Positions 1 to 17,430 of a stretch of DNA of 64,000 nt are shown piece after piece. A program made the position numbers and the translations under genes. Under the pieces are notes generated by a model. The model saw nothing but the letters and a program-made list of their open reading frames with translations. It was not told where the DNA came from and made no database searches. Location of the stretch: the NCBI RefSeq assembly GCF_009914755.1, contig NC_060927.1. One strand, written 5' to 3'. Positions within the stretch are counted from its first letter, which is position 1; the number at the start of each line of letters is the position of its first letter. Source of the DNA: the human T2T-CHM13v2.0 reference genome, Homo sapiens.

Positions 1-459
1 GGCCAGTTTTCCAAGAATTGCCTGGGACTGTTTCTGCTTCTGCCTCCGTTCAGTGAATGCCTTGGCTTCAACCTGGCAGTCACCCTTGCAAGTCACCTGG
101 CAAGACACCCTTACGTGGCGATGAGGCCCCCGGCCATTGACACCATCTCCTAGGTAACATATACAATTGCTACTATGAACCATAACTGCTTCAGTAATTT
201 GCCAATGCTGGTTACAAAGGGAGATCTGTGACTCTCCTGATGCATCCCCACAGCACTCCTGCATGCGGTAAGAGATGCTGGCAGGCCCAGGCTGGGCCTC
301 CAGCCACAGGAGAGCAGCAGAAGTGCCAGGAAAGGCCCAGGAGAGGCCCTGACTGCTCCAAAGGAAAGGTCCTGCTCACAAACTGCCAGAGGAAAGCCAC
401 CTCATGAATCCTAATGACAATGAGATGAGAGATTTCTAGCAGGAGGGAAGCTGGGTGGC

Positions 460-930
<471 letters not shown>

Positions 931-2163
931 GGGATCAAATGGAATCAAACTGGCCAGGCATGTCCTGCTCAACACGATGCTCAACAAAGATGCCATGCTC
1001 TGGTGAAAAGACAAGGTCCAGGCAAAGCGCATCGAGACGTCACTGCAGCCCCAGTCTGCTCAGCATCTCCAACCATGGCTGCATGCCAGAGCCCATCAGA
1101 AGAGAACATTTGGGGCAAAGGTGGGCAGGGCAGAGGAAAGAGCACAGCACATGCTGCCTCGGAGACACCAATTCAGGGTATGTACCACTGAAGATGGCCT
1201 GGGCTCTACAGGGCACTGCCTGGCTTTGCATCCTGCACTTACAGCTCCATGACTCAAATGTAAAAAATAAAATAGATGGTGATCACATGGAATACCTGGA
1301 AATACCATGAAGGTGACTAGAAATTCCTAGTCCAATGGTATTCCTATGCTTGGCACATAGTTGTGCTCTAGCTCCAAACCAAGCAAGAGGCAATTCCTAC
1401 AGGGACAACTGGGACTGTGGCCCTTTGGATAAAGCCCACGCTCATACATCCCTGTCGTCTCCCAACTCAGCCTAACCCAGATTCAGCTCACGCAGACTTC
1501 AGGGCATGCACGGTGTGCCAGCCACTGAGCTAGATGCTTCCAAGGGTCCTCCAATGAAGCCTCTTATTATATGATCAGTTTCACAAACTCCCTCCTTCAG
1601 GTGCTCTTCTAAGCTGTATGATGCTGTCTCGCCATCACCTCTGTGGACTTGGCAGAAGCCCTCAAGGACTCTATTGCAAAGCCACAGACCTGCCCAGGGG
1701 CGGCCTCCAAAGCTGCCGAGAAACTTGTCATGCTGTTTACAGCAGACAGGCTCTGCTAGGACACAAGCACTGGCCTCTTCCAGGTCAGGGTGGCTACATT
1801 CTGTACCCTGCTGGAGCTGGCTTGCTGTTGGTTCAGGTGGAACAGCGAGCCTGGCCTTGTCCTCTGAGTAGAAAAGGCCACAGGCATATTCTGGCCTGGT
1901 CACCAAAAGGCTATCACTAAATCATATTTTATTGCTTCCTTTTTATAGAGCTGGTAGCCTCCCTAATGGCTATCATCATGTTGATTTTTTCACTATCCTT
2001 TTCCTAAAGCTTATCAAAGGGGGAACAGCAGAAAAGCGAACAGCCAAGACAGGGAGCTGAGCTTCTGTTGACACTTGGGGCAATGTCTAGTTAGACCAAT
2101 CCATCTTTCAGATGGGGAGACTGAGACTCTGGAGTAATGTGACTTGCTCGAGGCCAGTAGCTA

Positions 2164-2460
<297 letters not shown>

Positions 2461-2551
2461 TCACACCACAAGCAGCTGGCTAGGCAGCCTAAGAATCAGA
2501 GCCAGGACCAGAGTAAACAGACTAACCTCCAGTGGCATAAAAACAACTTCA

Positions 2552-2942
<391 letters not shown>

Positions 2943-2981
2943 TCATCTAGATATTTGCCAAACATTCATATATAAACAAAT

Positions 2982-3366
<385 letters not shown>

Positions 3367-4204
3367 TAATATTTACTTAACAATCCATTAAATATTTTAC
3401 TTAACCCAAATTGTTGAGCATTTAGGTAGTTTCCAATTGTTGCTATTATTTTTATTGATATTTTGATAATTTGATGCATACAGCCATAAGCATTTCCTTA
3501 GCAACTGTTGTAGTGCTTGACAGAACCCTGAATAGCTACTTGAATGAATAACTATCCTAATTTATAGAGCTACACATGAGTTATCTAATCTCACAGGATC
3601 ATAGCACTACCGAGTATTCTCATTCTGAAATATTTTGCTATTTCAACAGTTTAGAAAAAGAGGGAAAGGTAACACCTTAAGTTTGCATTTCTTTGATTAC
3701 TAATGAGGCATTTGAATGTATTCCCTTATATATATTATTTTACTTCTTTTTGAGAAGGGTCCAATCCCATCTTTTGCCTATTTTTCTCTTGAACCCTTAG
3801 CCAAGCCATAGGAATAACACCCCAGGGAGGAACCTTGCCAACCCACCAGACCCTGAGGTGCCCTGCGCAGCCACTGGTGGCACATGGGGCCAGCCTTCAG
3901 CTAGTGTTTGGAGGGCCCAAGTGCTGTAGGCTTCTGCCTTGGCCTCTGGGGGTCCTAACAGCAGAAAGGCTACACTTCTGGCATTCTTAAACTTGTGCAG
4001 GATTGTACAGTCTATGGTTATAAGTAATCAATATAACAAAGAATTAGTCATGTCAACTGGATTTGTTAGTATCTGAATATTTGGTTTCAAAAACAAGTAA
4101 GCATGCTAAAAATTTAACTTTAGTAAAAATAAAATCTACCTGTTTAAATTCTATCCAGTTGAGGTATAAAAATGCATATTTATGACTGCAAAAATAAAAT
4201 GCAA

Positions 4205-4775
<571 letters not shown>

Positions 4776-4823
4776 AATGCTACATTAATGAATTGTTAAA
4801 TCTAATGTAAAAAAATTAAAATC

Positions 4824-5106
<283 letters not shown>

Positions 5107-6254
5107 TTAAAATCTTCAAAGTAAATATGGAAACAAACTAATAGGAAATACAAGTATTAAGTTAACTTTAGAGAAAACTTATCTTTTTCCAGCAACGAAT
5201 GTCTTTTTAAAATTAAGAAGAATTATAAAGATGAAATTCTATCATGATTCAAATCTCAGTATTTGGTGTGCCTGGAACCTTCACATTAAGCAAAATAACC
5301 TTTTAAAACTACATTTAATTTTTAGTTTTTTAATTCTATTTAGGCCATAAGTGTTTTTTAAGTCTTATTTGAGAATTCTTTTGGTAATTTTGAGGAAATC
5401 CTAAGATCTCAATTTTGCCACATTAAAATATCCCAAGGACAAAAATATCCAAAATTCTACACCACCCATGATAAATCACAACAAACATAAAAAGTTTAAA
5501 GAAGAAAAGGTTAGAGAAAAATAAAGTACTCCCAAATCAAACTTCACAAGAACAGAATTTATAGAAATGCATTAATAACATTTCTTATAGTTTTTAAAGT
5601 CTATTAAAAGGCTACCAAGTGGTAAAAAGGAATTTGAGGAGAAAAACAAAAGAAAAGGCTGCTGAGGACTGCTAAGCATTTTTCAGGAATTAAAGACCAA
5701 ACATTTCTGAGATTTGTCCAAGCTATGAATCTGAAGTAGAAAGTTTCTTCTAGAAACCATATTAGTGGGAGACGGTTCTAGTCAGTGATGCTGCTGAGTG
5801 GGCTGGCTGAGTGGAGCCCTCATGTGCCAGCAGCGGTGCTAGGCCATGTGCTGACCTCAGCAGGAGCTGGGGGAACGGGGGGTGGGGAGGATCACAGTTT
5901 AACAAGGCAGCCATAATGGTAATGTTATAAAACTGCTAATAAGAAGCTGGATAATAATTACATTTTGGTCAATCTGCAGATTTATTCTTGCATCTTAGAA
6001 GTTCATTTCTGGCTTTGGCCTCAGTCTACTATTAATTTTAACATTTTACCATTCAGCAATTGTCCAAACTCGGCCATTAGTGAGCTTCCTCCAGATAGAC
6101 AGTTTGGAGCTATGAAGCCACAGACCCAAATCTCCTTGGAATCCAATACAGCGTATCTATAAAAGCAAGACAAATATACTTCTGGAAAAGTATCCTATAG
6201 ATATACCACCACATGTGCAACATGGCTGACTCATTTGTGACTACTTTCCTCTTA

Positions 6255-6460
6255 CAATAACTGTGACACTGTGGATGTTTTGGACCAAATTAACTCTTTT
6301 TGAAGGGCTGTCCTATGCACTCCAGGATGTTCAGCAGCATCCTTGGCCTCTACCCACTAGATGCCAGCAGCACTTCTGAGTCATGTTAAGTAAAAATGTC
6401 TCCAGACATTGCTACATGTCCCCAGCGGAACAAATTTGCCCCTGGTTAAGAATCACTACA
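6255..6460 (+). mobile_element. MER20 (hAT-Charlie) DNA transposon relic
   Basis: cagcatccttggcctctacccactagatgccagcagcac...aatgtctccagacattg...ggttaagaatcact. Confidence 0.8.
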
Positions 6461-6639
6461 TAAATGCTTCTTTATGTAATCCTGTAACTACAGGGACACG
6501 GATAACACAAAGCTTTTCTGCTGACAGAAAGCACAGTAAAAACACCTCTCTGGGTAATGTGATGGGTAACTCACCTAATATCCACTTAACCTTGGCTCAG
6601 TGGACACACAGTAAGAGTGCTAAAAAGACAGCCATTTGA

Positions 6640-8070
6640 TTTTCTGATGAGGCTGCCAAAACAATTCAATAAAAAAAGAACAGTCTTTTCAACAAATGGT
6701 TCTGGGACAACTGGATATTCACATGCAAAATAATGAAGTTGGACCAACCCCTTACTTATGCCCTACATGAAAATTAACTACAAATGGATCATAAACCTAT
6801 ATATAAAAGCCGAAACTATAAAACTCTTAGGAGAAAACACAAGCATAAACATTTGTGATTTTAGATTAGGCAATGGGTTCTTAGATACGAAACCAGAAAC
6901 ACAAACAACAAAAGAAAAAACATAAATTGGACTTCACTGAAATTTAAAACTTCTGTGTGTCAAAAGACACTATCAAGAAACTGAAAAGACAATCCAAAGA
7001 ATAGGATATTTATAAATCATATATAAATGATAAAGATCTAGTATCCAGAATATATAAAGAACTCTTACAATTCGACAACAGAAAGACAAAGAACCTGAAT
7101 AAAAAATGGGCAAAGGATGTGAATAAACATTTCTCCAAAGACAATATACAAATGGCCAATAAGCACATGAAAAGACGCTCAACATCCTTAGTCGTTAAGG
7201 CAATGCAAATCAAAACCACAATGAGATATTACTTCATTACCCACTAGAATATCTATAATCAAAAAGACAGACAAGTGTTGGCAAGAATGTGGAGAAATTG
7301 GGACCTTCGTCCATTGCTGGTAGGAATGTCAAATGATGCAGCTGGCTTTGGAAAACAGCTGGCAGTTCCTTGAAAGGTTAAACAGTTACCACTGGACCCA
7401 GCAATTCCACTCCTAGGTACATAACCGAAAGAAATAAAAACCATGTCCACTTAAAAATGTTGTACATAGGCCAGGTGTGGTAGCTCACAGTAATCCTAGC
7501 AGTTTGGGAGGCTGAGGCAGGAGGATCCTTGGAGCCCAGGAGTTCAAGACCAGCCTGGTCAACAAAGTGAGACCCCATCTCTACTTTAAAAAAGAAAAAG
7601 AAAAAGAAAGAAAGAAAAAAAAAGTTGTACACAAATGTTCAGAGCACCATTATTCATAATAACCCAACAACCCAATGTCCATCAACTAATGAATGGTTAA
7701 ATAAGATACACTATTAAATATTCCATATAATAGAATACTATTCAGCTGGAAAAAGAAATAAGTACTACGCATGCTACAGCATCATGCTAAGTGAAAGAAG
7801 CCAGTCACAAAAGACCAGATTATATGGTGCTATTTATACAAAATTTCCAGAAAAAGCAAATCTATAGAGACAAAATTGATTAATGGTTGCCAGTGGATGG
7901 GGGTAAGGGTGCAGAAGGGGACGATGACTATTGATGGGTATAGTTTCTTTTTGGGGTGATGAAAATGTTCTAAAATTGACCGTGGTGATGGTTGCACAAC
8001 TCTGTGAATACACTAGAAATCACAAAAAAAAACTGTATTTTATATGAATTATGTCTCCATAAAGTTGGTT
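6640..8070 (+). mobile_element. L1M ORF2 3' part and 3'UTR with an Alu monomer (about 7469-7623)
   Basis: L1 motifs ttcaacaaatggttctgggacaactggata, aaatcaaaaccacaatgagata, gtggtgatggttgcacaactctgtgaat. Confidence 0.85.
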
Positions 8071-10313
8071 TTTTTTTTTGTTGGAACACTATCTGCCACA
8101 GGGTTACACTGAGCAGAGTCCATACTGTTTCTTAAGTCTTGATGTTTTGGTGCAACAAAGTGACTTTCAGTGAGAAACTCCTACAAGAACTCCTAATCCC
8201 AGGGAGCTATACCTCAATATGAAGAGAAAATCTCCCAGTTTTCAAGCTGGGATCAGTGCTGGGCTCTCATCTAACAGTTCAGGATCCTGAGCCTGGAAGG
8301 AAAGGGACTTCTTATGGTGGCAAGTTAGGGAGGAGCCAGGCAAGAAGGCAACAGAGCTTTGCCTCCCTGTCATCCATGGATGGACCCTTCCCAGAAGGAG
8401 CCTGGAGCATCAAGAGGACCAGGGACAGGTGCTTCTTCTAGAACGGCTCCCACATCAGCTGTCCACAGGGAGAGGTGACCTAAAGGACTTGGGGGCTGCT
8501 TGTCAAGGTCAGGAGGGGCTATGAAGAGGCTTCATGCCTTGCTGGGTTCTCAGAGATCCCTGAGGCCAAGCCATGTCCACAGAGCAGACCAGGCAGGGGC
8601 ATGAAATCAGCTTCCAAGAGGGCAATACTCTAGGGCTGGCCTGGGTGATAACTTTGCACTCACTTTTTCTACTCTTCACATAATTCTGCAAAAAAGGTGC
8701 TGATATTCCCATTTCCTGATGAGGATGGTAAGATTCAGAGAGGTCAAGGAACTCGCCTGGGTCATGAGCTTCCACGTGACTCCAATGCCTGTAATTTTTC
8801 CATGTGGGAACCAGGCTTGTGCTGAAATGCATGCTCCATAAAACACAATGGCCATCAGAGAGTGGGCTCACTTCTGAGGCTCAATCCACAAGGGTCATTT
8901 ACACAGGGAGGGGTGAGCGGCAAGAAGCCGAGAGGGAGCGTACACTACCTGGGAAAGAACACTCCTAGGAGGCTGCATTTTCACGGCAATCTGTTGTCAG
9001 CATCCAACAGTTCCCCACTGCCACCTCCAGGCAGCACCCCGTCAAAGCTCCATCCCCGCTCACAGCCCAGGGTCCACTGGGAAGCGGTGTGGGAGAGCAG
9101 TGAGAGCATGGAGTTTGGACCCAGACGTTCCTCTGGGCTCAGGTTCCAGTGGCAACACTTTCTAGCCTATGGCCTGGGCAGGTAACCTCCCATTTGAGTC
9201 TGGAGATAACCTCAACTGCTCACAGGGTTGTCAGGGTGTCCTGGGAGGACATGAGATGGCCCATGTAGAGTGCTCTGTATAGTTTCTGACACACAGGAAG
9301 CCCTCAGTTAGTCACCTCCCTTCCCCCTCTCTTTCCTTCGGAGCTCTAGAGATCAGATGTGGTTCTGGGGGGTAAGGAAGCCCTGTAGTTCCCCTCTAGG
9401 GGTGGAGTCTGTGGGAAGCATATCAGATGGCTATTATTGTTGGCTATTACTTTTTTCATTACCATGTTGACATTATTATCACCACTACAACAAATTTCCT
9501 ACTAGAACATAGTGCCAAAATTCTCTTCCAAAGCAAACAACCGAATCTGCGTTACCTGAGCCGACCTGCCTAAAAATCCATGTTCTGAGTGTCTTCCTTC
9601 CACTTGAGTAACTACAGTCTAGCAAGGAGTCTCCACAACCTCTAGCAGCCCTTGATCAAATCAGCCCAGATGGGGCTGGGGCCAAATCTCCCGGGTCTCA
9701 GGCTGACCAGAGCTTTGTCTCCACTGAGCAGGTTCTGAGATCAAGGCCACCTTTCTGTGCACCTTAGTCCTGAGTGGGATGGGACTGAGAGACCTTACTT
9801 CTGAGACGAGAGATGCCAGGCTCTGCAGGTATGGGCTGGGCTGGGTTCCCTACTGTGGAGGGAGGGAAGCCTATTAGCAGAGCTCCCCAGCAGGGGGCAC
9901 CATCTGTCCAAGGCTGAGCCCTTTCACCAACTGCACTGTCAGGCTTCAGCCTGGCCTAGCCAAGGCTAAGCAAGTCCAGACAGCCACAGGCATGCCAGGC
10001 ATACCAGCCATAAGGCCCACATGCATCTGTCTCCAGAAGCTGCCCAAGTAGCCATGCTGGATCTGGCACACACTTTCTCTCCAAGACTTAGGAAGCACTT
10101 ATGACAGTGGTCTTGTCTAGAGAGCATCACGGACGGGGATTCAGAGTAGCTACAAGATGCTGCCACATGGACTTGAATCACGCATTCGATTCCTAATTGC
10201 AAGTGAAAGAAACCGCCTGAGGGGGAAGGGCTGTTGCTATACTGCAGTGCTCACAGCACTACAGAACCCCCATTGTGGGGCTTACCCAGAGCCAGCAACA
10301 CCAGAGTTTGCAT

Positions 10314-10493
10314 GTTTTGTTTTTTTTTAATTATTTTTAGAGATGAGGTCTCACTGTTGTCCAGGTGGGAGTGCGATAGCTATTCACAGGTGCAATCATT
10401 GCACACTACAACCTTAAACTCCTAGCCTCAAGCAATCTTCCCGCCTCAGCCTCCCAGAGAGTACACTACAGGTGCATACCACTGTGCCCAGCT
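10314..10493 (-). mobile_element. FAM-like fossil Alu monomer
   Basis: Antisense monomer retaining the 7SL-like gctattcacaggtgcaatc segment. Confidence 0.65.
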
Positions 10494-11117
10494 TGGACAG
10501 TCTTAATAATAAAGCTTCTCTATTAAAAGCAAACTAAAATCTTAGATAGGGCCCACCATCATTCAGAGCTGAGTTAGGCAAATCAGCAGTTTTTATTTCA
10601 AACTCAGTTTGGCTCCAGCTGTGTCCTGAGATACTCATGGGCCACAGGGTGTCTTTCTAACTCCCACTGCCTCCACTGCCCTGAGCATGCAGCCTCAGGG
10701 ACTTTGTCCCCACACTACTCTATTGCAGGCTTGAAAACAGGCCCCTCATCACCCACCTTTGTGCCCCCAGCACTGCAGAGACCAGGCACTAATGTTTAAA
10801 CAAGATCACAGAAAACCAAAAGAGCAATAAAACTACCAGGTACTGGGAATACTGACACTGGGCTTGAGAGATGGGAAGATGGGGTGTTCTCCAGGACCAC
10901 GAGCGTGGAGAGTGCTTAGGAGAAAAAGCAACCGCAGGAAAGTTCCTGGCCCAGCTTTGGGCCAATCTTGGCAGGATGAGCACCGTATGAACACTTGTCT
11001 TCCAGGGGTCAACATCTGCCCTTCCCAAAGGCAGGCCAAAGGGATGGGAAGGAGTGGAGCGGGAGGATGGAAAGACACCAGTGTGGTTCAGAGGTCTGGG
11101 ATAGAAAGAAAATGCTG

Positions 11118-11432
<315 letters not shown>

Positions 11433-11872
11433 TTATCAGAAGGAGCTGGGTTCTTATCCTGTCTTTACGATGAGGGACAAGTTATGATTCCAGTTTCCTT
11501 ATTTGAAAAATGACGCCAATAATGCCTACCTCTCAGAGCGCAGATGAAGACTGAAGACGTTCATGTGTATAATGTCATCAAAGGCTAGCCCTGTCTGATC
11601 TCACCTTTGTACACTCCAATTGAACGACCAAATTGTAGTATCACACCCAAAAGATCACGTGGGAGACCCTCCTCATGAGTGACAGGACAGCTGCTGCCTT
11701 TGGTGACTAGGGAAATGAGGCCAGAGGCAAGCCACTTGGCACATTTTCCCTCAAAAACAACATGACCTCCCCTCATCCCTGTCCCACCTCATGGGGTTTG
11801 GAGAGATCCTGAGGAACAAATGAGCCCAGATGGAAGTTAAAAAAGCCTTGTGGCTGGCAGGCAGCCATCCTA

Positions 11873-12271
<399 letters not shown>

Positions 12272-13455
12272 TCACAAAATTGGCAGCCTCCCCCAAAAGA
12301 TGAGTTTGGTTAAATGTAAAAAGGTTGCACAGGTGTTCTGCATGGGAATCCCTTCACAGCACACGCTCACTGCTGTCACACTCCCTACCATGCCTTATCA
12401 CTTCCCACATACCCAATCTAGCTCTGTCTGATCTGGGAGACATTGGAGTTTGGGAGCCCTGGGTGAAATGAGTTTTCACATGCAAATTTACCTGTTCTAT
12501 ACTCAGTAAATGACCCTTTCTTTTGGTCCCATACAACAATGCTTAGGTTAATTAACTTTCAATCAAGTGCCTGGACTAAGGAAGTGGGTGCTTTTAGAAT
12601 CCTGAGCAGAAACCTTTGAGGAATGAAAGGCTCTGAAGAAAGGCCCAATCTCAGAGCTCCTAGAGGGATGAGTCTCTCAAAAGTTACATAACCCAGCTAA
12701 GGTCTCAGTGCTCATTTTCCAAACCAGCTCCTGTGTTATCATCAGGAGGGAGCAGCTCACAAATAGAAAACTGGAAGATCTGAGGCAGCGTCTTCCACCA
12801 AAGGCAAGAGGCGGGGATTGTCCAAAGAGGATGCACACCGAAAACCGTGTGAAAAGAAAGAAACTGCTTCTGACAACTCGAACAGAAAGGTCTCAGATTG
12901 CTGCCCTGGCTTAAACTTTAAAGACAATATTTGCTTTAATGTTTAACTAACATCTTAAGGTGACGAAACTGTAGGTGGAATTAGAAAAAAAACAGCAACA
13001 GGAAAGCTGGGAAGAGCAGCAGGTTAAATAAAGGTTCACAGGGGAGCAGCAGCAGTGTCCCCTGTGGAGCTCTGGGAAGTGCCCACAAACTGGGCAGGGC
13101 AGTATGTGGAGCTGGTCTGTGGAGCTGCCCTGTGCTCTACTAGGGAGGGGGCTGACAGCCCCAAGGCTCCAGAGCCTGTGCTCCAGCAGAGCTGGGCGAC
13201 ACAAATCCCTATTTCTGGGGCCTCATAGGGGCCAGAAACTGTGACTGCAGTGGGGCAGATAGCACACAGTGTGCTATATGGCTGCCTAAATGCCGCCAGA
13301 AACTTAGGCTAGAGTCAAGCTCTAAGCTATGAGGAAGAAAGAACTGTTCTGAGGCATTTCCTCAGGGCGACTGTGCTCACAGAGCCGCAAGAGCATCTCA
13401 GAATGTGGGGCCCTCCGCCCTGCCCCTTGCTCACAGGGCACACTGGTTCTCCTAC

Positions 13456-13519
13456 CTGTGATTTCTGTCTTCTTTGGCTTCATTAGCTGGCCCATCATGG
13501 ACAGGATATCTTGTCCCCC
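13456..13519 (-). CDS. RUVBL1: RUVBL1 exon 7 (GGQDILSMMGQLMKPKKTEIT)
   Basis: 64 nt within ORF 13322..13705; AG acceptor and GTAGG donor. Confidence 0.96.
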
Positions 13520-15168
13520 CTGCATAAGAGAAGACTTAGAGTCAGTGCTGCTTTCTAAGGTGACTACAGAAGCCTCATCCCCCTGCATCCCACTCATCAA
13601 CTCAACATGGGATCCTGAGGTATGGAGACCCCTCCTCAAAGCCTGAGGAGCTTCTAAACACAGAGGAATTTTTAGAGGTTCCCCTAACCTGTAAGAATCA
13701 AACAAAATCCTTTCATGGCAAGTATAAGCTCCGTGGGGCCTGCCCAGCCTCCTTTTCCAGCCCTATCTTTTTCCAACCCCTTGTTCCTTGATTAGCCACA
13801 CAAGACTACCAGCCCTGCCCTGGACACCCCCAAGCTTTTTTATGACTCAATGCTTTTGAGTCTATTCCATCTGCCAGGAATGCCATTCTCCTTCCTAGAA
13901 GTTCCCAGTCATTAAAGTTCACGTCAAATGCCCTCTAGGGCGCATCTGACCCTAACCGGACTCAGGACTTCCTCCAAATGTTCCTGTGCCTTTGGGGACA
14001 CATGGACTATAAGAGTAAGTATAAAGAGCAAGTATAAATATACCATGATTATATTGCTGTGCCTCCTCTCACTAGATTTGACCACAGGCTTGCATCAGCC
14101 TAGTCCTTACTTAACTTGGAGCTGATCATGGCTGACTCCATAACAGGTTCACCACTCACCTGCATCCTCCTGCGGGCTCCTAACAGTGCAGTCAGCAAGA
14201 GGAAGAGGCTGGTGTTTGGTCATTTATTCAGCATTTAGTGATCACCTGTTGGTTACCAGGCCCTGAGACACAGAAGGGCTCACTAAATGCTGAATAGCTA
14301 AAGGCAGCAAATGTTTCCTGTCTGGTCCTCAAAACTGCCTTGCCAAGTAGGAGGGAACTCAAAACCGAACCCCAAACCACAGAAAACCCAGAGACCCAAA
14401 GTGACAAATTAACCAAGCTGGTCAGTGATGGAGCAACACAGTTCCTGACTTCTGACTCCCAGCCCAGCACTCTTCTCAGGTCAAGGGCTCCCAGGAGGTC
14501 AGTTTGGGGATGGCCATTTCACCAACCAAGGGGACCTGTTGGTCCAAGATGAGTCTTCAGTAATCTCTTGACCAAAGCTCCAAGGAACAAAACACCCACG
14601 GATCAAATTTCAAGTCAGAAAACAAACTATTCCCTAATAGTGACTATTCACTATTTCCTAGAAATGTCATATAGTGATAACATCCTTTCCTGCACTTTAC
14701 TAGCCAAGGCATAAGTATCCATCTGTATGAGAAGCAGACAACAGTACCAGCTCAAAGCTAAAACACTGTGGCTTTTGCTAAGCAGGGGGAAAGAAAGAGC
14801 TTTGTTAGGCTTTCTGAAATCCTGTAAAGGGCTCATAGAACACTCCTGCCCTCCTGCCATTAACACCCAGAAAATCCCAGGTGTGAGCCCACTGCTGGAG
14901 TGAAGCCATGGAGGAAGCTGGCTAGCTCAGGGCCAGAGGCTTGGCTGGGATAAGAAACAATACACATGAAATCATCTGTGACTAGAGCATTTGAATGGGA
15001 ACAAAGGAGTCCCTCGTAGCTCATGTCGATGTTAATTGCTGAACATTACAGATAGAAAAGGACCGTCTACCTCAAGAAAGGCAGCAAGACTCTGACAATT
15101 CATTCCCAGATCTCCACACACATACAAAAGGGCTAATGTGCCAGATCACCCAGGCATCGAGGCAGTAC

Positions 15169-15318
15169 CTGGGGCCGCGCATTAGCCACATCCAAGTCAT
15201 GCAAGGTCACATCTTGGATGATTTCTTTCTTTTTGTGCACATCCCCTTTTGGCAAGGGGACATACTCTTCAGCTTCAAGGTCGAATTCTGTGGCATAGGT
15301 ATCACACCTGCCCTGCCT
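15169..15318 (-). CDS. RUVBL1: RUVBL1 exon 6 ([25 protein letters not shown]...ANARPQ)
   Basis: 150 nt within ORF 15133..15324; AG/GT flanks. Confidence 0.97.
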
Positions 15319-16132
15319 CTGCAAAAAGAGAGAAACATGAGTGCCTGGTAAGTTTTCACTGCCAAGTCCCCAAATGGCACAGGGCTAAGTGAGATAAAGG
15401 TCTCAGTTCCCACTGCAGGCCTGACAGCCTACTTGACAAACTCCAAATATGCCCCACTCCCCTGCTGCCAAGAGAAGGGAGCTATCTGCTCATCGCTGGG
15501 CTCCAAAAACTGGGTTGAAAAACACCTGATACTTTCTCCCAAAATCCTTTTTCCCTTCTTTCTTTTAACTGTATGCAATTCCTGATAAAGGCCAAATCCA
15601 GTAGATTAACTGGAGGCAGAGGAGCTGCTCAGACTCTTTTGTAGGTGGATGATTTATTGTATGATATGAAGTATTATGCCCATCCATTAAACAGTGAGGA
15701 ACACTGTACAGGACCCTGAAAATCAGATAGAAAAGAATGCCAACGAATGCAGCGTTCCTTCCCACATGCATATATCTTGGGAAGAAAATACCAAAGAGAT
15801 AAAAGGAAGATTAAATACACTGCACATTTCAATTTGAAAGTGACTAAAGTTGTTTTGGTTTCTCACCCTGTCCTCCCCCTCTGAACAGGTTTTAGTATTT
15901 TTTCTAACAGACTATCTGTTTTAATCGCGAGAAGGTTAAAGAATGAAGATAAAGGGAAGGCAAACTTTATTATACATAAAGGGCCACTAGTTGACCTTCC
16001 ATCAGCCTCATAACAGACACCAGCCCCTCCCCACACACCCCACACCCTCTGAAGAAAGCAACTCCCTTGTCACTTAGGTCTTCTCATGGCAAACAAATCA
16101 GGGACAATGCTGTGTCCCAAGGAAGGCATTAC

Positions 16133-16222
16133 CTTCACGGCCCCACTGTTGGCTTCAATGTAAATCACATCTCCAGCTTCTACTCGCTCTTTCTGCAAAC
16201 TTTCAAAAATGCTGGGGTCCAG
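16133..16222 (-). CDS. RUVBL1: RUVBL1 exon 5 ([30 protein letters not shown])
   Basis: 90 nt, T11-AG acceptor and GTAATG donor. Confidence 0.97.
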
Positions 16223-17124
16223 CTAAAAAAAAAAATGTAAATCAGAAGTGTAATACATATTCCATTTCCTTCTGACACCATGTAAGGTACCTTTCCGTAA
16301 GGGATCTGAGGTAGCTAGCAGGTGCATGGAGAAAGCCTGTTTTGCGTTTGCATGAATACTGGGACCTGCAGGAGTGTGAATGCATAAGTACCACACAACA
16401 GACTGGCTGGGGGACTAAGCACACCAGGGAGAAAATAGGGGGGCCAGCATACCTGCATCCCTATGTAACGAGCATGAGAGGGACACAGGGGACACGTACT
16501 CTCCTCTTTCCCTTGATTCCAAAGGCTGTAAACTGGCAGCAGCGCTTTTATAAGGATGGTCCTGGCTGCCGTGAGACGGGTGGGCCCAGCCCCCACTGTC
16601 CACAGGACCACAGGCCCTATCACCCCTCTTGAAATCATCATCCCTACTTCACTCCTTCATTTGCCTCACCTCAGGTGGGGTGGAACTTTCCACAACTGAA
16701 GTACCTGCCAGCACCTGCTTACCAATCTCAAAGCTGGCATCTTGCAGGGCCTTTGATTTTGGATAAGGTTCTCAGTTCTAAGTTTCCTCATCTATACAAC
16801 AGCACCCAGGTGCAATCACAGATGTATACAGTAATTCAAAGAAAAACATAAATGAGAATCTTTCCCAAGCCTTTTGACTCACATCCCAGTGTTTGTGCCC
16901 TTGGGTCTGCCTGCTTATATCTCCAGGAAAGGAAATAAGCAGATTTGCGGAACTGTTGCTTTTCTCCAGATTCTGGTGACCCTCAGTGATTAATATTCTA
17001 GGACAGCTGCCTTTGTAAGGATTCTATAGTTAAACACAAGTTTCTCGAGGTCTTCATGGAGATCTATGTTATACAATGTAGCTATGGTGGAAAAAAAACT
17101 TGGGCTTTGCCCAAACAAAATTAA

Positions 17125-17430
17125 AAAGTGAAAACCCAGGACTTGGTGAAAGAAGCCAGATACAAAAAAAGACATACACTGTATGTTCCATTTATATGAA
17201 ATGTCCAAAAGAAGGCAACCGAAAGTAGATTAGTAGTTGCCGAGGGCTATAGTTGGAATGGGGAATGACTGTAAATGAGTAGGAGGATTCTTTTTGGGGC
17301 GATGAAAATGTTCTGAAATTAAGATTGTGGTGATTGTACAACTGTGAAAATAAATTAAAATTCCTGGAATTGTATACTTAAAATGGGTGAGTTTTATTTA
17401 AAATGCTATCTGAATAAAGCTTTTAAAAAA
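17125..17430 (+). mobile_element. L1ME-like 3' end fragment
   Basis: gaaagaagccagataca...gtagattagtagttgcc...gatgaaaatgttctgaaatt. Confidence 0.7.

Noticed and set aside
5868-5890. G-rich stretch as a possible G-quadruplex
   Set aside because: Only three clear G3+ tracts; borderline, with no supporting context
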